Of a DNA stretch of 64,000 nucleotides, positions 11,103 to 25,125 are shown one piece after another (the first letter of the stretch is position 1; every line of letters starts with the position of its first letter). The position numbers were made by a program, and so were the translations under genes. This DNA is from Podarcis tiliguerta (lineage: Eukaryota). The DNA lies in assembly GCA_965153285.1 (NCBI GenBank), contig OZ229117.1; one strand, 5' to 3'. Under the pieces are notes generated by a model. It was not told where the DNA came from, ran no database searches, and saw only the letters and a program-made list of their open reading frames with translations.

Positions 11103-12143
11103 TACCAGAATAACAGCCACCATAGTCAATGCATGTTCTGTCTGGGGATGCAAGTAGAGAACACACAACCAGAAAATATTGTTCCATTAGACCCTCCAAG
11201 TGTCCCTATTTTCCACAGACGTCCCTGATTTAGAGAAGCCATCCCAGTTTCTGATTTGATCCCAGAATGTCTCACTTTTCCTTAGGATGTCCCTATTTTC
11301 AATGGAGAAATATTGGAGGATATGGAGTTATCTGACCCCCAAGCCATCTGAAGGCAATCCTGTATGGGGAAGTTCTTTTAGTGTTTAATGTTTTCTTATC
11401 TTTTTATAAATATTGGAAACTGCCCAGAGTGGCTAGGGCAACCCAGTAAGATGTGTGGGGTATAAATAGTAAAATTATCATTATGGAATGCGACGTCCCT
11501 GTTTTCATCGTTGAAATGTTGGAGGGTATGTTACATGGCACACCAATCTGTGAGCAGTGAGACTGCAGGGGCTCCAGTTCTTTCCCAGAGTTCAGTTACC
11601 TTGGAATGAAGGTCCAAGGTGCATTTAGAGAGTGTGGTGCATTTAGGACATATGGTTTAATTTATACATATATACTATGGAAGCCCCAAGTCAGAGCAGA
11701 CATGTCTCTGTCTCTCCAGCTTCCAGCATCAGCCATATTTACACACACAACTCTTTCATACACAGCTGCACGCCACCGCCACCCCCAGCTTGGCCTAGTA
11801 TTTTCCATTCTAGTATGACCTGGCATCCAGCCAGTTGAGGGGGTGGGGAAAATGCCTTCCTCCTTCCTGAGAGCCCTATCACTTAGCTATCCCTATGGCA
11901 ACCTTTCTCATTTTTAGATGCTTATGAGAACTTAACAGGCCAAATGTCGCCATTGGCTTACAAAAAAACAACAACACAACACTTGTGAGAGTGGTTCAGC
12001 AGTCTCCTCTATCAGATCTTAAACCTCACAGGCTCCAGGTACAAGGTCTGGCAGGGACTCAAGGGTATAACTCAGACTGACAATTAAAAAAACTGCATTC
12101 CTGGAAATCCTAGCACAGCCCATCAACCAGGGGGTAAGGACAC

Positions 12144-12374
12144 CATGGGCATAGCCAGGGGGGCTGTTGCCTCCTCTAAATAAAGTAAATAAATAAAATA
12201 CTTAAACAAAAGTATAAATTGTAGAAAGTTTTAAAGATTTTCCTGAACACTTGGGATCAAAAGAAAATAATTAAAAACAACTGTTTCATTCTGAATCTGC
12301 CAGACAGAGCCAGAGTATGATGACAGGTGGGTGTCCTGCCCCCCCCCCAACATAAATCCTGGCTATGTCTATGG
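12144..12374. mobile_element. Harbinger-like MITE
   Basis: Inverted ends CATGGGCATAGCCAGG / CCTGGCTATGTCTATG around an AT-rich core. Confidence 0.55.
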
Positions 12375-12793
12375 AAGACTCCCCTCAGAGGCAGATTTAA
12401 GGGAGTGCACACTGGGCGCAAAGCCTCCAGGCACCACAACTATTATGTAAAATAGGCGGGAGGCAAGGAGGGGGTGCTGAGTTTTGGCATTGCACAGGGT
12501 GCCACTGAAATTCGAGACTCCCGGGTCCACCACTGTATCCCTCCCTGCTGCATCACCACATGCAGCACACCAGACAACCCCACTCCATCCAATCCAGCAG
12601 TTGTCATGCGCAGTTTCTGACCCGGTGCCAGACAAGGAGTCCTCAGAGGTTGAACCAGACATCCATAGGTCAAGGACCTTAAGGAGAAGGCAGGGAACAA
12701 GTGCTGAAGATCCCCTTGAGGCCCAGACCTGCGAAAATAACCCTTGGAGTTGTCAGGGGAGGAGACACAACTCAGTCCTTGAAAATAACAGCA

Positions 12794-13020
12794 CAGTGGT
12801 ACCTTGGGTTAAGAACTTAATTTGTTCTGGAGGTTTATTCTTAACCTGAAACTGTTCTTGAAGCACCACTTTAGCTAATGGGGCCTTCCGCTGCTGCTGC
12901 GCCACCAGAGCACGATTTCTGTTCTCATCCTGAAGCAAAGTTATTAACCCGAGGTACTATTTCTGGGTTAGCAGAGTCTGTAACGTGAAGCGTATGTAGC
13001 CTGAAGCGTATGTACCACTG
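12794..13020 (-). mobile_element. Same mariner-type MITE, opposite orientation
   Basis: CAGTGGTACC...GTACCACTG; reverse complement of the 10851 copy. Confidence 0.85.
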
Positions 13021-14451
13021 AACTGTTTGCAAATGTTTCAGGATGTACTGTACATACTGCTTAATTTCTAATAGGTGCATGTCCTGTAGCTTCCTGCAGA
13101 AATCCTGGAACTTTTCATATGACAAATGTTCCAGGCCTCCCCCACCCCAAACTTTTGTTGTGCTAGATTGTGGCTAAATTAGAGAAGTATTGCAGAACAA
13201 CATAACACTGAATGATGTGCGGCCAGTCCGCCACTAGCATACAGTACTATTACTGTGCCAATTGCACGTTGCGGAATACACTCGTGAAACAACACACCAA
13301 TCTGGTGCGGGCCAGCAGTTAACCTGTGCAGGGTTTAGCTTCAAACTGCCTCTAACATGCACACCGTCTCAGATTGTGGGTTAAAATGAACATTATCCTC
13401 CCACAAAAACCCTTCATTTTGAAATAGATCAGCAGCTGCTCTCCTCCTCCCACCCTCTCCCCAGATGGACGAAGTCCAGGAAGTGTCTACCAATGGGTGG
13501 GACAAAAGAAGGAAGCTGAATTCCAAAGGGTCTAATGTTTCACCCAGCAACTCCTCACCACCCCACGCCTGTCATGCAGTTTAGTGAACAGAAGGCCTGG
13601 CAGCTGCAGAATTATTTCTTAGCAAATGAAGCCAGATCCTGATACAAAAGAGACGCTGCCTCTCAGTGATGTATTTAATAGATACTAGTCTCTCCCCGCC
13701 CCCCCCCCCTTTCTCTCACACACAGCCTTCCTGAATGTTTAAAGTAAGTTACATCAAAATTTACAGATTTACAATATGTTGAAACAATGTAATGGATTAG
13801 AATTAATATGTTTTATGTTACACGATGCACAGTATCTCATCTTTCAATCATCTCCATTTCTGTTAATGTGTATGCAGTTTGTGAGTTTCATTGCTGAGCA
13901 GCAGTGTGAACACCAGTCCAACAGTCCAAATCACTACATCCCATTGGCTCTTCCCCCCACTTTTTAAATGAGTGTGCATTTACTTACTGAAAAAATGTTT
14001 AGACCATCTTTAAGGGTAAAATTCTTACAGAGTGACTTCCAATTCAAATGCAATATACAACAACCACAACAATAAAACCAGCAGTGAAAGACAGAAATAA
14101 TAAAACTAATATCCAACCTGAAGACACTAAAATGCAGAGCACAACAACCACCCAAGTCAGGAGGAAGAGAGTAAAACTCAGTAAAAAGGCTGCAAAAACA
14201 AGTGGATCAGAAGGGCTTTCTGTCGGAGCACAGTGGGTAATGAACAGGCCCCCCCTCAAAGGTCCAAAGAAGTCCAGGCCACATCCAGGTTTTGAGGCCC
14301 ATAGTCATAGGGATTATAATTATTTAAATAAAAACTAAAAGATGATGACACATGTAAGCAAAATAAGGCACCCTGCCACCTAAATAGTGAGAGGACATTG
14401 TTAAACTGCTCTCTTTCCCTTATGGGGTATTCCAGAGCCCGTATAGAGTCC

Positions 14452-15008
14452 TATTGGAGGCCAACCAGAGTATATTGAGAAGCAAAGCAGCTAGTAAGCC
14501 TGATCTTTATTAAAGGAACTGTTGCAACAGGGTCCCCACTCGCCACACGCAAGAGAGAGGAGAACCCTGAACAACGGTGCGCAAGCCCTTATATAGAGTT
14601 TTGAAATTGCCCACCCTGTAGCCCAAGACCACCTCCGAAAACATCATACATACATCACAGAAGGAGGCGGTCTACAGCAGAAATCCTGCCTGCCAGGATA
14701 CCTGTTAATGGTCACTGACTGCATTACCTGGGCAGTCTGGCCATTCTTTTCTGATTGTTAATACTTTAGTTCCTGATCCAGGTCACAGACTCACCCTATT
14801 CATACACAAATAAGCCCTTAAGACAAGATTTGCACGACAATAGGAAGGCTTTCGCCATTTGCCTCCCTTACTACAGAGGAATATTTGAGGTCATTGGGAG
14901 TCAAAATGGCTTCAGGATTGCTCTCCCATACTATTTCAGACACATGGTTCATAGATATGTGTGCATTTATGAATATTCTATATTTGAGACCTTAAAATTC
15001 TGATAACA
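14452..15008 (-). mobile_element. Putative solo LTR
   Basis: On minus strand starts TGTTATCAG, has TATATAA (~14589-14595) then AATAAA (14506-14511); imperfect 4-bp TSD GTCC/GTAC. Confidence 0.5.
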
Positions 15009-15700
15009 GTACTGAAAGCAGCATCATATGTAATCACCCCAACAGTGCCCCAATACACAGATCATAATGAATGCACAATAAAGCAAGTGTCTGGAGGAAG
15101 CCTGTGTACCTTGTTGAAAGGGCTATGTGCACCTCAGAGCCTGTAGACCAAACCACCAAGAGACTATCCTTCATGAGTCACACTGCCCTGGGAGCGCAAT
15201 TAGCTCATATCACGTCTGCTAAAATCCTTAACTGCTGGAGGTGATGTGCTATTAAGGAACATACTTCTGCCTTTGGTGGCAATGCCCCCACATGTTGGGT
15301 CCCAGTCCACAATGAACTTTTTAGGATAGGAAAGGAACCCACTGCTTTTGTACCCAAACTGTTCTTATTATCAGTGTTCTATGGGCCAAGCAAATATATT
15401 CAATCTAAACCACTTTTATTATTTCTATTAATTGCAGCCCAACAAAATACAGCTAAACAATTTAAGACTTTGAAACAAAATGCTTGATTCTCCAAGCCTG
15501 ATACAGCAATATTTGGCCTATTGCTGTGCCTGAAAAAATTACCCATAACATACACCTCTTACAAGAGAAAAAGAAATAACAGTTGTTCAGTGCTATTTGG
15601 TAGAACTTCTTTTGTATCCCAGTACATCAGATATGCAGGCCTATACAGTATACGTCTTATGTCCTGTATGTTGTAAGACTTTTCTATGCTTGTCTCATTG

Positions 15701-15997
15701 TAATAATAATAATAAAGTTTTATTTATATCCTGCCCTCCTCAGCTGAAGCCGGGCTCAGGGTGGCTAACAACAATAAAATAAGACAACAGTTTAAAATCA
15801 TTTCATTTAAAAAATTACTTCAAATCAAGTTGATGGCAACCATTGGGTAGATTGCCAAAGGAGGGAGTCAGGCTGTGCCCTGGCTAAAGGCTTGGTGGAA
15901 CAGCTCTGTCTTGCAGGCCCTGCGGAAAGATGTCAAGTCCCGCAGGGCCCTAATCTCTTGTGGCAGAGCGTTCCACCAGATCGGAGCCACAGCCGAA
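15701..15997 (-). mobile_element. L2 3' end fragment
   Basis: (TAA)n tail; GAGCGTTCCACCAG reads LWNAL-like on minus strand. Confidence 0.6.
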
Positions 15998-16103
15998 TCC
16001 ATTGTAGATGGATTTTTTTTCTTCCTCACAATTGTACATCAGTAAGCTTTTGACTTCATATCCATCCCATGTTTGGGTTATATTTGCACTCTTTCCTTTG
16101 TCT

Positions 16104-16106
<3 letters not shown>

Positions 16107-16151
<45 letters not shown>
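16107..16151. repeat. (TA)n microsatellite
   Basis: About 22 TA units. Confidence 0.95.
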
Positions 16152-16157
<6 letters not shown>

Positions 16158-16361
16158 TAAATGCATAATTGAAAATCTAATTAAAATAATGTAAAAATAT
16201 AATCTGGGGGGTGGGTCCTCCTTGTTTGAATTTCTTCAGGCAGATTATTCCTATAAGTACAGAGCCATTATTTTTTATATGGTTCTATTCTGCACCTAGC
16301 TCATATAATATTGTTTATGCTTTAACTATTTACCGTATATACGCCTTTTGATGAAGGACTT

Positions 16362-16389
16362 AACAACAACAACAACAACAACAACAACA
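16362..16389. repeat. (AAC)n microsatellite
   Basis: About 9 AAC units. Confidence 0.9.
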
Positions 16390-19138
16390 TTCAGGTGTGG
16401 CTGGTGGGTTGCTAAAGGTATCCTGACTTCTGTAAACTCTTCCATCTAGAAGCACACTAACATGTTGGATGCCAAGCAGATTCAATGCACACTGAAACTG
16501 TATCTTTTTAATGATTCCTTCCCCAGTTCTGTATGCCAGCTATTTGTCAGCACTGTTGCTGTTAATGCTGCTGGGTTTGTTTCATTGATGTCGTATTATT
16601 TAAAATGGATTTTATTGCAAACTGCCTCAAGGTGTTTCAAAATAGGTGGCATATACATATTTTTAAATAAATTAAGGTGTTTTATGGTGTGTTCGTAGAA
16701 ACTCTCCAGTGAGTGCACATCTGAGGCTGCTGAATGCATGCAAATTGAACATGAGTGACATTGTTTTACAATCAGGCCTGTGTGTGAGTTGGGGGCAGGC
16801 AGGGGAGAGAGAAAGATTCAGAGGCACAGATGCAAGGCACACTGGCTTCAGCATAAGGAAAGATCCAAATGAGCAAAAGAATCAGTGTGATTTCAGCTCC
16901 CGTGCGAGCCTTTTGTCCTCTGCAGAGTGCATCCCAATGACATCACCAGTGCCATGGTAATGGGGATTGCCCCCTCCCCTGCAGACTGAACTCTTGCCTC
17001 TCCCTGCTTCAATTCCCTTCCTCACTGGGCTCTGCACAGAGGATGTGGAATGATACATGGCTGAACGGATTGCTCTTTCTACCACCCTCCCCTTCTAGGC
17101 CATCAGGAAAGTGCTCCTCGCCCCCACTACGCACATTCCCAATAGCTGTGGCAGCAACTCATCCCCCTTCCTCCCCCCCAGCAATCTGTCACATTGAACC
17201 AAAGAGGAAATTGGCGTAGCTCTTGTCCAGCAGAAGTTGGTCTTCTAAAAGACACCTTACTTATTTTGTGGGATTATTTATTTCGTAATATTGTTGCAGC
17301 TTTTTTCATACTCACCAACTGCTCTTTTGTAAATATAGAAAATAAATCTGAATATTTAACAGATGTCCTGTTTAGTGTTCAGTCGTGTGTGTCTGTGGCC
17401 AGCAATAAAATCTGTTTTTAACCTGATGTTTTGATGTTAGGGAGAGATTGCAAGAAATGTTGGAATGCTGAGATTCTCTCTACCTGAACTGATGGAGGTT
17501 GCCTCAAGGGTAACTATTTATTACATTATTTATTACATTACTGCCATCCCCAATCATATTCCCAGGTTGAATTAAAGCACTTAAAATGCAAATATAAACA
17601 AAACATAAAATGAATAGGCTGAGTTTACAAGGTATCTCTGCCTTTTCAGGGGCATGTAGAAGATTTCATAAGCACAAGCACCTCATGCAAACCTAAGCAA
17701 TTATTTGACACTTCAGGCAATATATATCAATTGGTGTGGGGAAATAGTTTGTCCCATTGGGTCAGGTATTTACCTTACACTGCAAATCAACTTAGATATA
17801 GTGGATGGGGCCACTCACCTGTCAATATCTGACATCCTACTGATATTAGGTGAGTGATTGTACCCATCTGTCAAAATTGATTTTTGGAGGTGGAAGGGGA
17901 TTGAATCACACGCAGTAGTGCCAGCTGATGGACAGGTGAGCAAGGTTTGTGGGAAATATGCTTGTGGACTAACTTGAACCCCCTGATGGGCCAGGTTTGG
18001 TCCAGGGGCCAAAGCTTCCCTGCTTCTGATCTAAAAGTTACCACAATTTTTAATGCTTAAATGCACTTTGATAGATCCTTAAGCGCTTTACATTAGCTTT
18101 TCAAACCCAGGAATAATTGTTGTTTCAGTTTATATGCAATTGCTGACAACCTTAGAGTCGGTTATACAGTAGGTACAAAAAGAGACAGACAAGATGCCAT
18201 AACAACAATGTGCTATCTTCTGCCCTGATGTACTTTTATGGAGAAACTGGATCTTAAGTTTCTATCCTATGGACACTTGCTTAGAAGTAAGTCCTGTGAA
18301 TTTGTAAGGAGGGCATACTTCCAAATAAGTATGCATATGATTGGCCTGTTCTTTCCCCCCAGCTTATTTCATTTATGTGTAAGGCATTTGAATTCTATGT
18401 TTAAATTTTAACGGCCAATTCCAACCCTAAGGTAACTAAAAATATAGCCAAGTTCCTTGTGATAGCCCTCAAAACTAGGTCATTATTATTAAAGGGAGAT
18501 ATGAGTTCTGAATCAAAATGGTCTATTTCTGATTGTTTTTGGATTTTATTACATTTTCATTTAAAAATTGTGCACATGTATATGATTTCTCTCTCTCTGC
18601 TATGGCTGTCTTGCTAACCCTATAATGTATTTTATGTTTATAATCACCAGCATAGAATTTGCCTTTTCCAAAGCTGCCACATACTGGGTTGGTGTCTTCA
18701 CTGCAGTTGGAATGACTTAGTTGAGCATGAGACTCATAATTTCAATCTCAGGGTTGTGGGTTAATGGATCTGCTCTGAGCAAAATTTAGTTGAATACTAA
18801 CCAATAACTTTATATTTACTTAAGTGTTTTTACAGGTATTTTGTTAAATTTACCCTTTGAAAGACAATGGATTTTGTAACTTAAATGTGTGGTATTTGTC
18901 TGATCGGTTAATGATGTGATCCTGTTAGTCATTTATCCATCCTTGAGTTGTCTTGTTTTTCTTAATATTTTATTAAAAATATTTCTATCCCACCTTTAAG
19001 GCAGCTTACACCATGACAGATTTAAAAATAGTTTCCAGCATTCTTTTTTATTGGTGTTTGGTAACGGTTTTCTATGTACAATGGAACAATGTCACCACGT
19101 GATTCACATCTGAGGTTTTTGAATCTTAGAATAAATTT

Positions 19139-19520
19139 CATAGAATCATAGAGTTGGAAGAGACCACAAGGGCCATCAAGTCCAACCCCCTGCCAAGCAG
19201 GAAACACCATCAGACCACTCCTGACATATGGTTGTCAAGCCTCTGCTTAAAGACCTCCAAAGAAGGAGACTCCACCACACTCCTTGGCAGCAAATTCCAC
19301 TGTCGAACAGCTCTTACTGTCAGGAAGTTCTTCCTAATGTTTAGGTGGAATCTTCTTTCTTGTAGTTTGGATCCATTGCTCCGTGTCCGCTTCTCTGGAG
19401 CAGCAGAAAAACAACCTTTCTCCCTCCTCTATGTGACATCCTTTTATATATTTGAACATGGCTATCATATCACCCCTTAACCTCCTCTTCTCCAGGCTAA
19501 ACATGCCCAGCTCCCTTAGC
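19139..19520 (-). mobile_element. CR1 LINE 3' fragment
   Basis: [27 protein letters not shown]; (ATTCTATG)-type 3' tail. Confidence 0.9.
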
Positions 19521-19799
19521 AGAACAATTTTTTTAATAGTTTTAAAAAAGTCTTTTACCAAAAAAGAAAACTGTGCTCAAAAATAATGGCTGTAGAAGCA
19601 ACCATAGCATGAGCTACACCTTTGCACACTTTGAGGTGTGAGAACTGAGGCATTGGGGACCTTATGTGCTGTGGAAATGGAGCACTGCTCCTTCTAAGAG
19701 TTCCTCAAGCAGCTCACCTCATATTTTAAAGATTTTTTTAACCTTTCTACCTTTTGCACACGTTTTCTTATTATCCCTTTTTTTGGTTTTGATCTATCT

Positions 19800-20354
19800 C
19801 AACCGCCCCCGACCCGAAATTGGTGCGTGGCCCTTTAAGAGGGCGCCATTCCTGGACCCGTCCTAATTCCATTTCTCCCTACGAGCGAGCAGAGAGACTC
19901 CCCAACGCACATGCGCGAAGGGGTGGGGAAAAGGAGGAGGAGAAGGGGGAAAAAGAAGGCAGGGCTTCAGGCCGGCAGGCGTGCGCGTGCGCTGGACGCA
20001 TGCGCAGTGAAATTCTCCCCACCCCTCGCTGCTTGGGCAGGTCTTTGCAGCTTTAAGGGGCTCGCGGGGCCTGGAGGGTTGAGTGCGGCCGTCACCACAA
20101 TTGTTGTGTGTGTTTTTTTTATTATTGTTATTACTATTATTATTTTGACGGAGAAGGACCCCCCCTTCCGTGAGTTCCTGAGGGAGGCGCTTCTTACGCT
20201 CCGCCTTTGCTCGCCTCCTCACGGCTGCTGGATATCCATCCCTTGGAGCGCCCCCTGAGGTTACAGCGCCTGCCCCCAACCACCTCAGCCAAGGGGTGAG
20301 GAAAAAAACAACAACTTCCCCTCCCCTCCTCTGAGGCAGCGCCCCCCCCTCAAT
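19800..20354 (+). promoter_or_regulatory. ZMYM4: ZMYM4 CpG-island promoter and 5'UTR
   Basis: CpG-rich region with NRF1-like GCACATGCGC/GCATGCGCA motifs; YY1-like AATATGGCGGC overlapping the start codon. Confidence 0.75.
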
Positions 20355-20394
20355 ATGGCGGCGGCCAAAGAGGAGGGGCCAGGACCGCGCGCCA
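20355..20394 (+). CDS. ZMYM4: ZMYM4 probable coding exon 1 (MAAAKEEGPGPRA)
   Basis: ATG in strong context (AATATGG) within CpG island, followed by GTGAGT donor; 13 codons plus 1 nt, comparable to recalled human MAEREVESGPRKR. Confidence 0.65.
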
Positions 20395-23300
20395 GTGAGT
20401 GAATGGGCGGGGCTTAGGCTGCAGTGGGCGGGACCCAGGAGGAGTCAGATAAGGGCACCTGTTGGGGAGCCGGAAAGATAACGGTTGCCAAGGATGTTGG
20501 GGGTGGGGGTGCATGGTCTTAGAAATGATGGGAGGGAGTCAAGTTGGTTGTACCGGGAGTTATGAGTTTGAAGTGGCTGTTGGGAAGATGGGACATATTG
20601 GGGGGGGGGGGCTAAGAAATGTTGGGGAGTTAACTGGTCCATTGATGACTACAGTGAGCGGGAGATTGTGAGTTGAAAGATTAGGGTGTCAAGGGTGAGG
20701 CACCTGGGGTGAACACAGTACTGTGGAAAGGGGATGGGTGGGTACTTCTTGAATCTTTGGAATATTAATGGGTGTCAAGGCTGGTAATGGTATATGTCTG
20801 TTGGGAGGGTGAGGAAAACATGAATAGAGTGTAATAGATGGGTTAGGGAACTGGAGGATCATAAGGGTGAAAAAGGCACCAAGATGGTGGCTTCGGAGGT
20901 TGTTAGTCAAGATGTGGATTACAAATGGCAAAGTAATCCTGATGGTGGGGATTTTGTACTAGTGGTTAATGCTAGGGTTTCATAAAGGATAAAGTCTTGT
21001 AAACTGGATAAGGCAACTTTTATTGTGTGGAAAGATGCTTCAGATGTAAGGTGGTATTAGTTCCAGTAACCTTTAGAAGCTTTATCAGTGTCATTCGGAA
21101 CAAGCTTGATCACTAGTGGTGTTTTCACTTCTCCTTTGTGACCCTTAAATGAAATAGCCTTGAGAGCAAGCCTTTGTAATGTGTGACCTGAACACAGCCA
21201 ACCAACTTACATTAAGACTTACTGAATGCTTGACAACCATGGTTTTCCCAGGCTTTTAGATAGAAAAACAGAAGGTTTATCATGTATTTGGTGGTTTGCA
21301 TTCAGTTTGATATGAAAGCTTATCAACTGGGTCTGGGATGCTGCTATATTTGTTACATTCTAAGTAAGAACTGGTGTTAAACACAGAGACCAAAAAACCC
21401 TAGGCCATTCATTCAAATGCTTAATAATCTGATGCTGGAGGCTACATATTTAAATGCTTTCTAAGGGCTGATCACAAAATATTATATGGAGGCTACTAGG
21501 AATTCAAATGTTTTCCAGTTTTGATTCAAAGCCATGGTTGTAGCTGTAATTGGTATTTTAGAAATTGCATGCATCTTTTAAGTTTTATAGAGAAACTGAA
21601 AGAAAATGTCAAAATATGCATCTGGAAGGGTCAAACACAAGTCTGATGCACAACAATGGCAAATTATCTTAAAATTAGTTTAGAAGAAAATGAAAATTCA
21701 GTATTGGTCAAGGGCATCAGTATCATTGTTGTCGGTAGTAAAGTTATTCATAATTGTGAATCTTCTTAATCCAAAACTACTTGCTTCCTACAAAGTTGCT
21801 TTGGAAGATTGGTACCACCAATGAGTATAAAAAAAGATTATTTCTACAGTTCTCCAGTACGCATCCCCACAGACAGGATCTTAACTCATTTATTCATAAG
21901 TAAGTCTCATTCATCAAAAATCTTGCTTCTCCTCATCCTGGCTCTTCAGTTGGGATTTTTTGAGGGGCTGCATTCTGGTCATGGGCATTATGAACTGGCC
22001 TTTTGATTAGCCTTTCTCCTCCGTTTGCTATCCAGTTAGCTGATTCCTGCTTGCGGCTTGAGCAGGCCTGTTGTTGGCTCATTCATTTGTTTTTTATTCA
22101 AATATTTTTGCTTGTATCAAAATAATGAAAGTGTTGTACTTTATTGCTCTTGTACTTTATTTTTTTTAATCCCAAAGTTCAGCTAAGGAGGAAGGAACTG
22201 TATAGTGGAGCAGCTGTAGCACTGGGCCCAGAATACGTAGGAAAACTCATACAGAAAGATGGGATATCCCCAATCCCTGTCAGAAAACAGCAGAATGATA
22301 TGGTTTGGCAATGATCACTGGATTCTCTGCAGCAAGTGAAGGCTAGTAATTGCAGAGAAATGGGCTAATATGCAAGCAACTCTATATCTTATAGATGAGT
22401 AACCTGTTTTAAATTTTCCCTCTTGCTGGTCAAGCTGCATGTTTTTTTAACCAGAATTTTGCTGCAGCCTCACTCATGTTTTATGATGTCATGACATAGA
22501 ATGGGTGGCATTTGCTATATAGAACAGATGGCATGTCTGCTGATGTGCATCTTGGATGAAGGAGAGTATGCAGGTTATGTGTGTGAGTTGCTTTTTTTTC
22601 CATGCAATTTCTGATGGGGCCATAATGGATTAGATCCTAACTTCTCTAACAAATGGAATAGAGTTCCATGAATGGGGCTTTCCTTATCTCTCCCCCCCCC
22701 CCCAGGTCTGTTCCTGACTGTTGGGGACCCATGGAAATGATGCAGGGGGCTGCAAACTGAAGGAGAAATCAGTGGAAATTTCATTCCCTAATAAAAGCAG
22801 AAAAACAACTTGTAAAATTCTGTGGTGCCTAATCAGAAGTTGAGTTCAAGGGCACTCACTTCCAGATAAATGAGTAAAGAACTGCAACCTTAGTATCCAA
22901 GTCAATATATTTACAGTCACATCTTGTGCATTTTTGATTGGAACTTAGTCTGACTGAATTATATTTATTCCCAAGTAACTGTTATATTGCAGTCTAGTTG
23001 GGCTAACTTCTATTCTAGGAGGCTGAGTGCTGTGCAGAAGTCTTGCCTATCTACACAGCACCAAAAGTTTACTTAAATTTAAAAACACACTTAGATGTTT
23101 TGTACCACAGAATGGCGTATCTTTTAATTAATGCAGCACATAATAAATATTTTCCAGATGCAGTTTAATATTTTGTCAGCTCCCATGTACATGTTCTCAA
23201 GGTGGGGAAAACTTACAGTACTTGATTGATTATTGGGATGATAGCATGTCTGGATAGAAGCAACTACTTAAAATGGAAAATTTCTTTTAATTATTACAAA

Positions 23301-24869
23301 TTTTGCTTGTGACCCTGTGTATAAAGAGGTCAGGATTAGATTGGGGTGTTCTTGGCTGTAATTCTAACCACCTTACTGTGGATGTAAATTACAGTATAAC
23401 TGCAACTTTTATGCATTATGTTTAGGATATGGGTTGTTAGTTCAAATGGATATTAATTGTGCGGGTTTCTTTTTCTACTATAAATGAAGTTTCATAGTAG
23501 ACTTGGTGAGAACTGAAATTCCTCTACATCTTACACACATTTTACTTACGCAGATTCAGCCTCATTTTCTTGGCTTCAGCCTCTGTGTTTATGGGGGAAA
23601 GACCCCTCAAGTAGGGAACCAAGGAAAAAAGTTCCTCTTTTAAAACAGTGTCTAGCCATTTTTCTGCAAGGAACATCACTGAGCGGAGTGGAGTGGAGAA
23701 GTGGCGGCATTGTTGCGGTTGCTCTCTAGTCAAGAGGCTGTGCTGCCAGCTGACCCGCTAGCAGTGAGGAAAGTGGTGTCAGAACCAACCCTGCAATGAG
23801 CATTTAGAGCTAGGAAAAGAGGGAGGTGATTTTCCAGGGCCCCACCTGGGATGGAATGTGGTGATTCTGAGGAGTCCAAGGCTCTTGACTATATGCAATT
23901 TTGTGTATGTTCGCTCTGTCCAGAACCTATCCATCACGTAAGATGCAGTCACTGTATAGGGATTTAGGTTCCAGCCTTCAGCCCATTTCCCCATGAATAA
24001 TGGGGGTTTTCTGGGAAAATTTGAATGAGATTTTTTCCATTGTCCTATACGCATTTAACTTGTGGGCATTCAGCTTCGTGTGTGTGGCAAAAAAATAACA
24101 AGATTAGAAAGGAGGTGGGGTACCAGGAAAAATCATATTGGCAGACCCATCCACCATTTAACCCAGTGGGTTTTGACTATACAGTACATGGTTTTTGCTT
24201 TAGGAACAATCTGTGGAACATAACCCCCACCCCGCTTAAGCTGTGGGTTCCCTGTAACATGTTTGCTTGATTTCCATTTAGTAAACAAAACTTTAAAAAT
24301 ATATTTGTTTTATAAGCAATATAAATATCTGAAAAGTTTATCCCAGTAGCTAGTAAAAGTTGAGCATTGTAATGCAGTGAGTGGGTGGAAATATCTGAAG
24401 TTGGGTTGTTTGGACAAACCATAAACTTAAAAGTTTAAACTAAGTACATTTTCTCCCAGTTCAAATGAAATAACAAACTGTATCCATGTTGGAGGAGGAG
24501 AGGGGATGGAGCAGTATATCAGTTTGAAGCTTGTTTATGTAGCAGTTTTAATTACATTTATACACCACTCTTCAAATACATTATTGGGATGACTTAAGAG
24601 TAGAAACATCACAAACTTCATTCCCTTAGTGTTAGATCACGGTTTGGCTGATCTTGGCACTAAGTGAATGAAGCATGTTCCTGGTGTTTCTCTCTCCCCT
24701 TGCACATCCAGATTTCGCTTCTCATTTCTGAACTAACCTAGTGAAGTAGTGCTCATAAATTCATTATTTTATTTGTATGCCGCCTTTTCATAGTTAAAAT
24801 AACGCTCAAGGCGGCTTACAACATGACAAGATTTAATTACCCACATAACAAAGTCATAAATAATAAATA

Positions 24870-25125
24870 TAATGGTACCTCAGGTTACATACGCTTCAGT
24901 TTACACACTCCGCTAACCCAGAAATAGTGCTTCAGGTTAAGAACTTTGCTTCAGGATAAGAAAAAAAAAAGAACTTTGCTTCAGGATAAGAACAGAAATC
25001 GGGCTCCGGCAGTGCGGCAGCAGCAAGAGGCCCCATTAGCTAAAGTGGTGCTTCAGGTTAAGAACAGTTTCAGGTTAAGAACAGACCTCCAGAACGAATT
25101 AAATACTTAACCTGAGGTACCACTG
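24870..25125 (+). mobile_element. Same mariner-type MITE
   Basis: Near identical to 10851 copy, with an internal duplication of AAGAACTTTGCTTCAGGATAAG. Confidence 0.85.
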
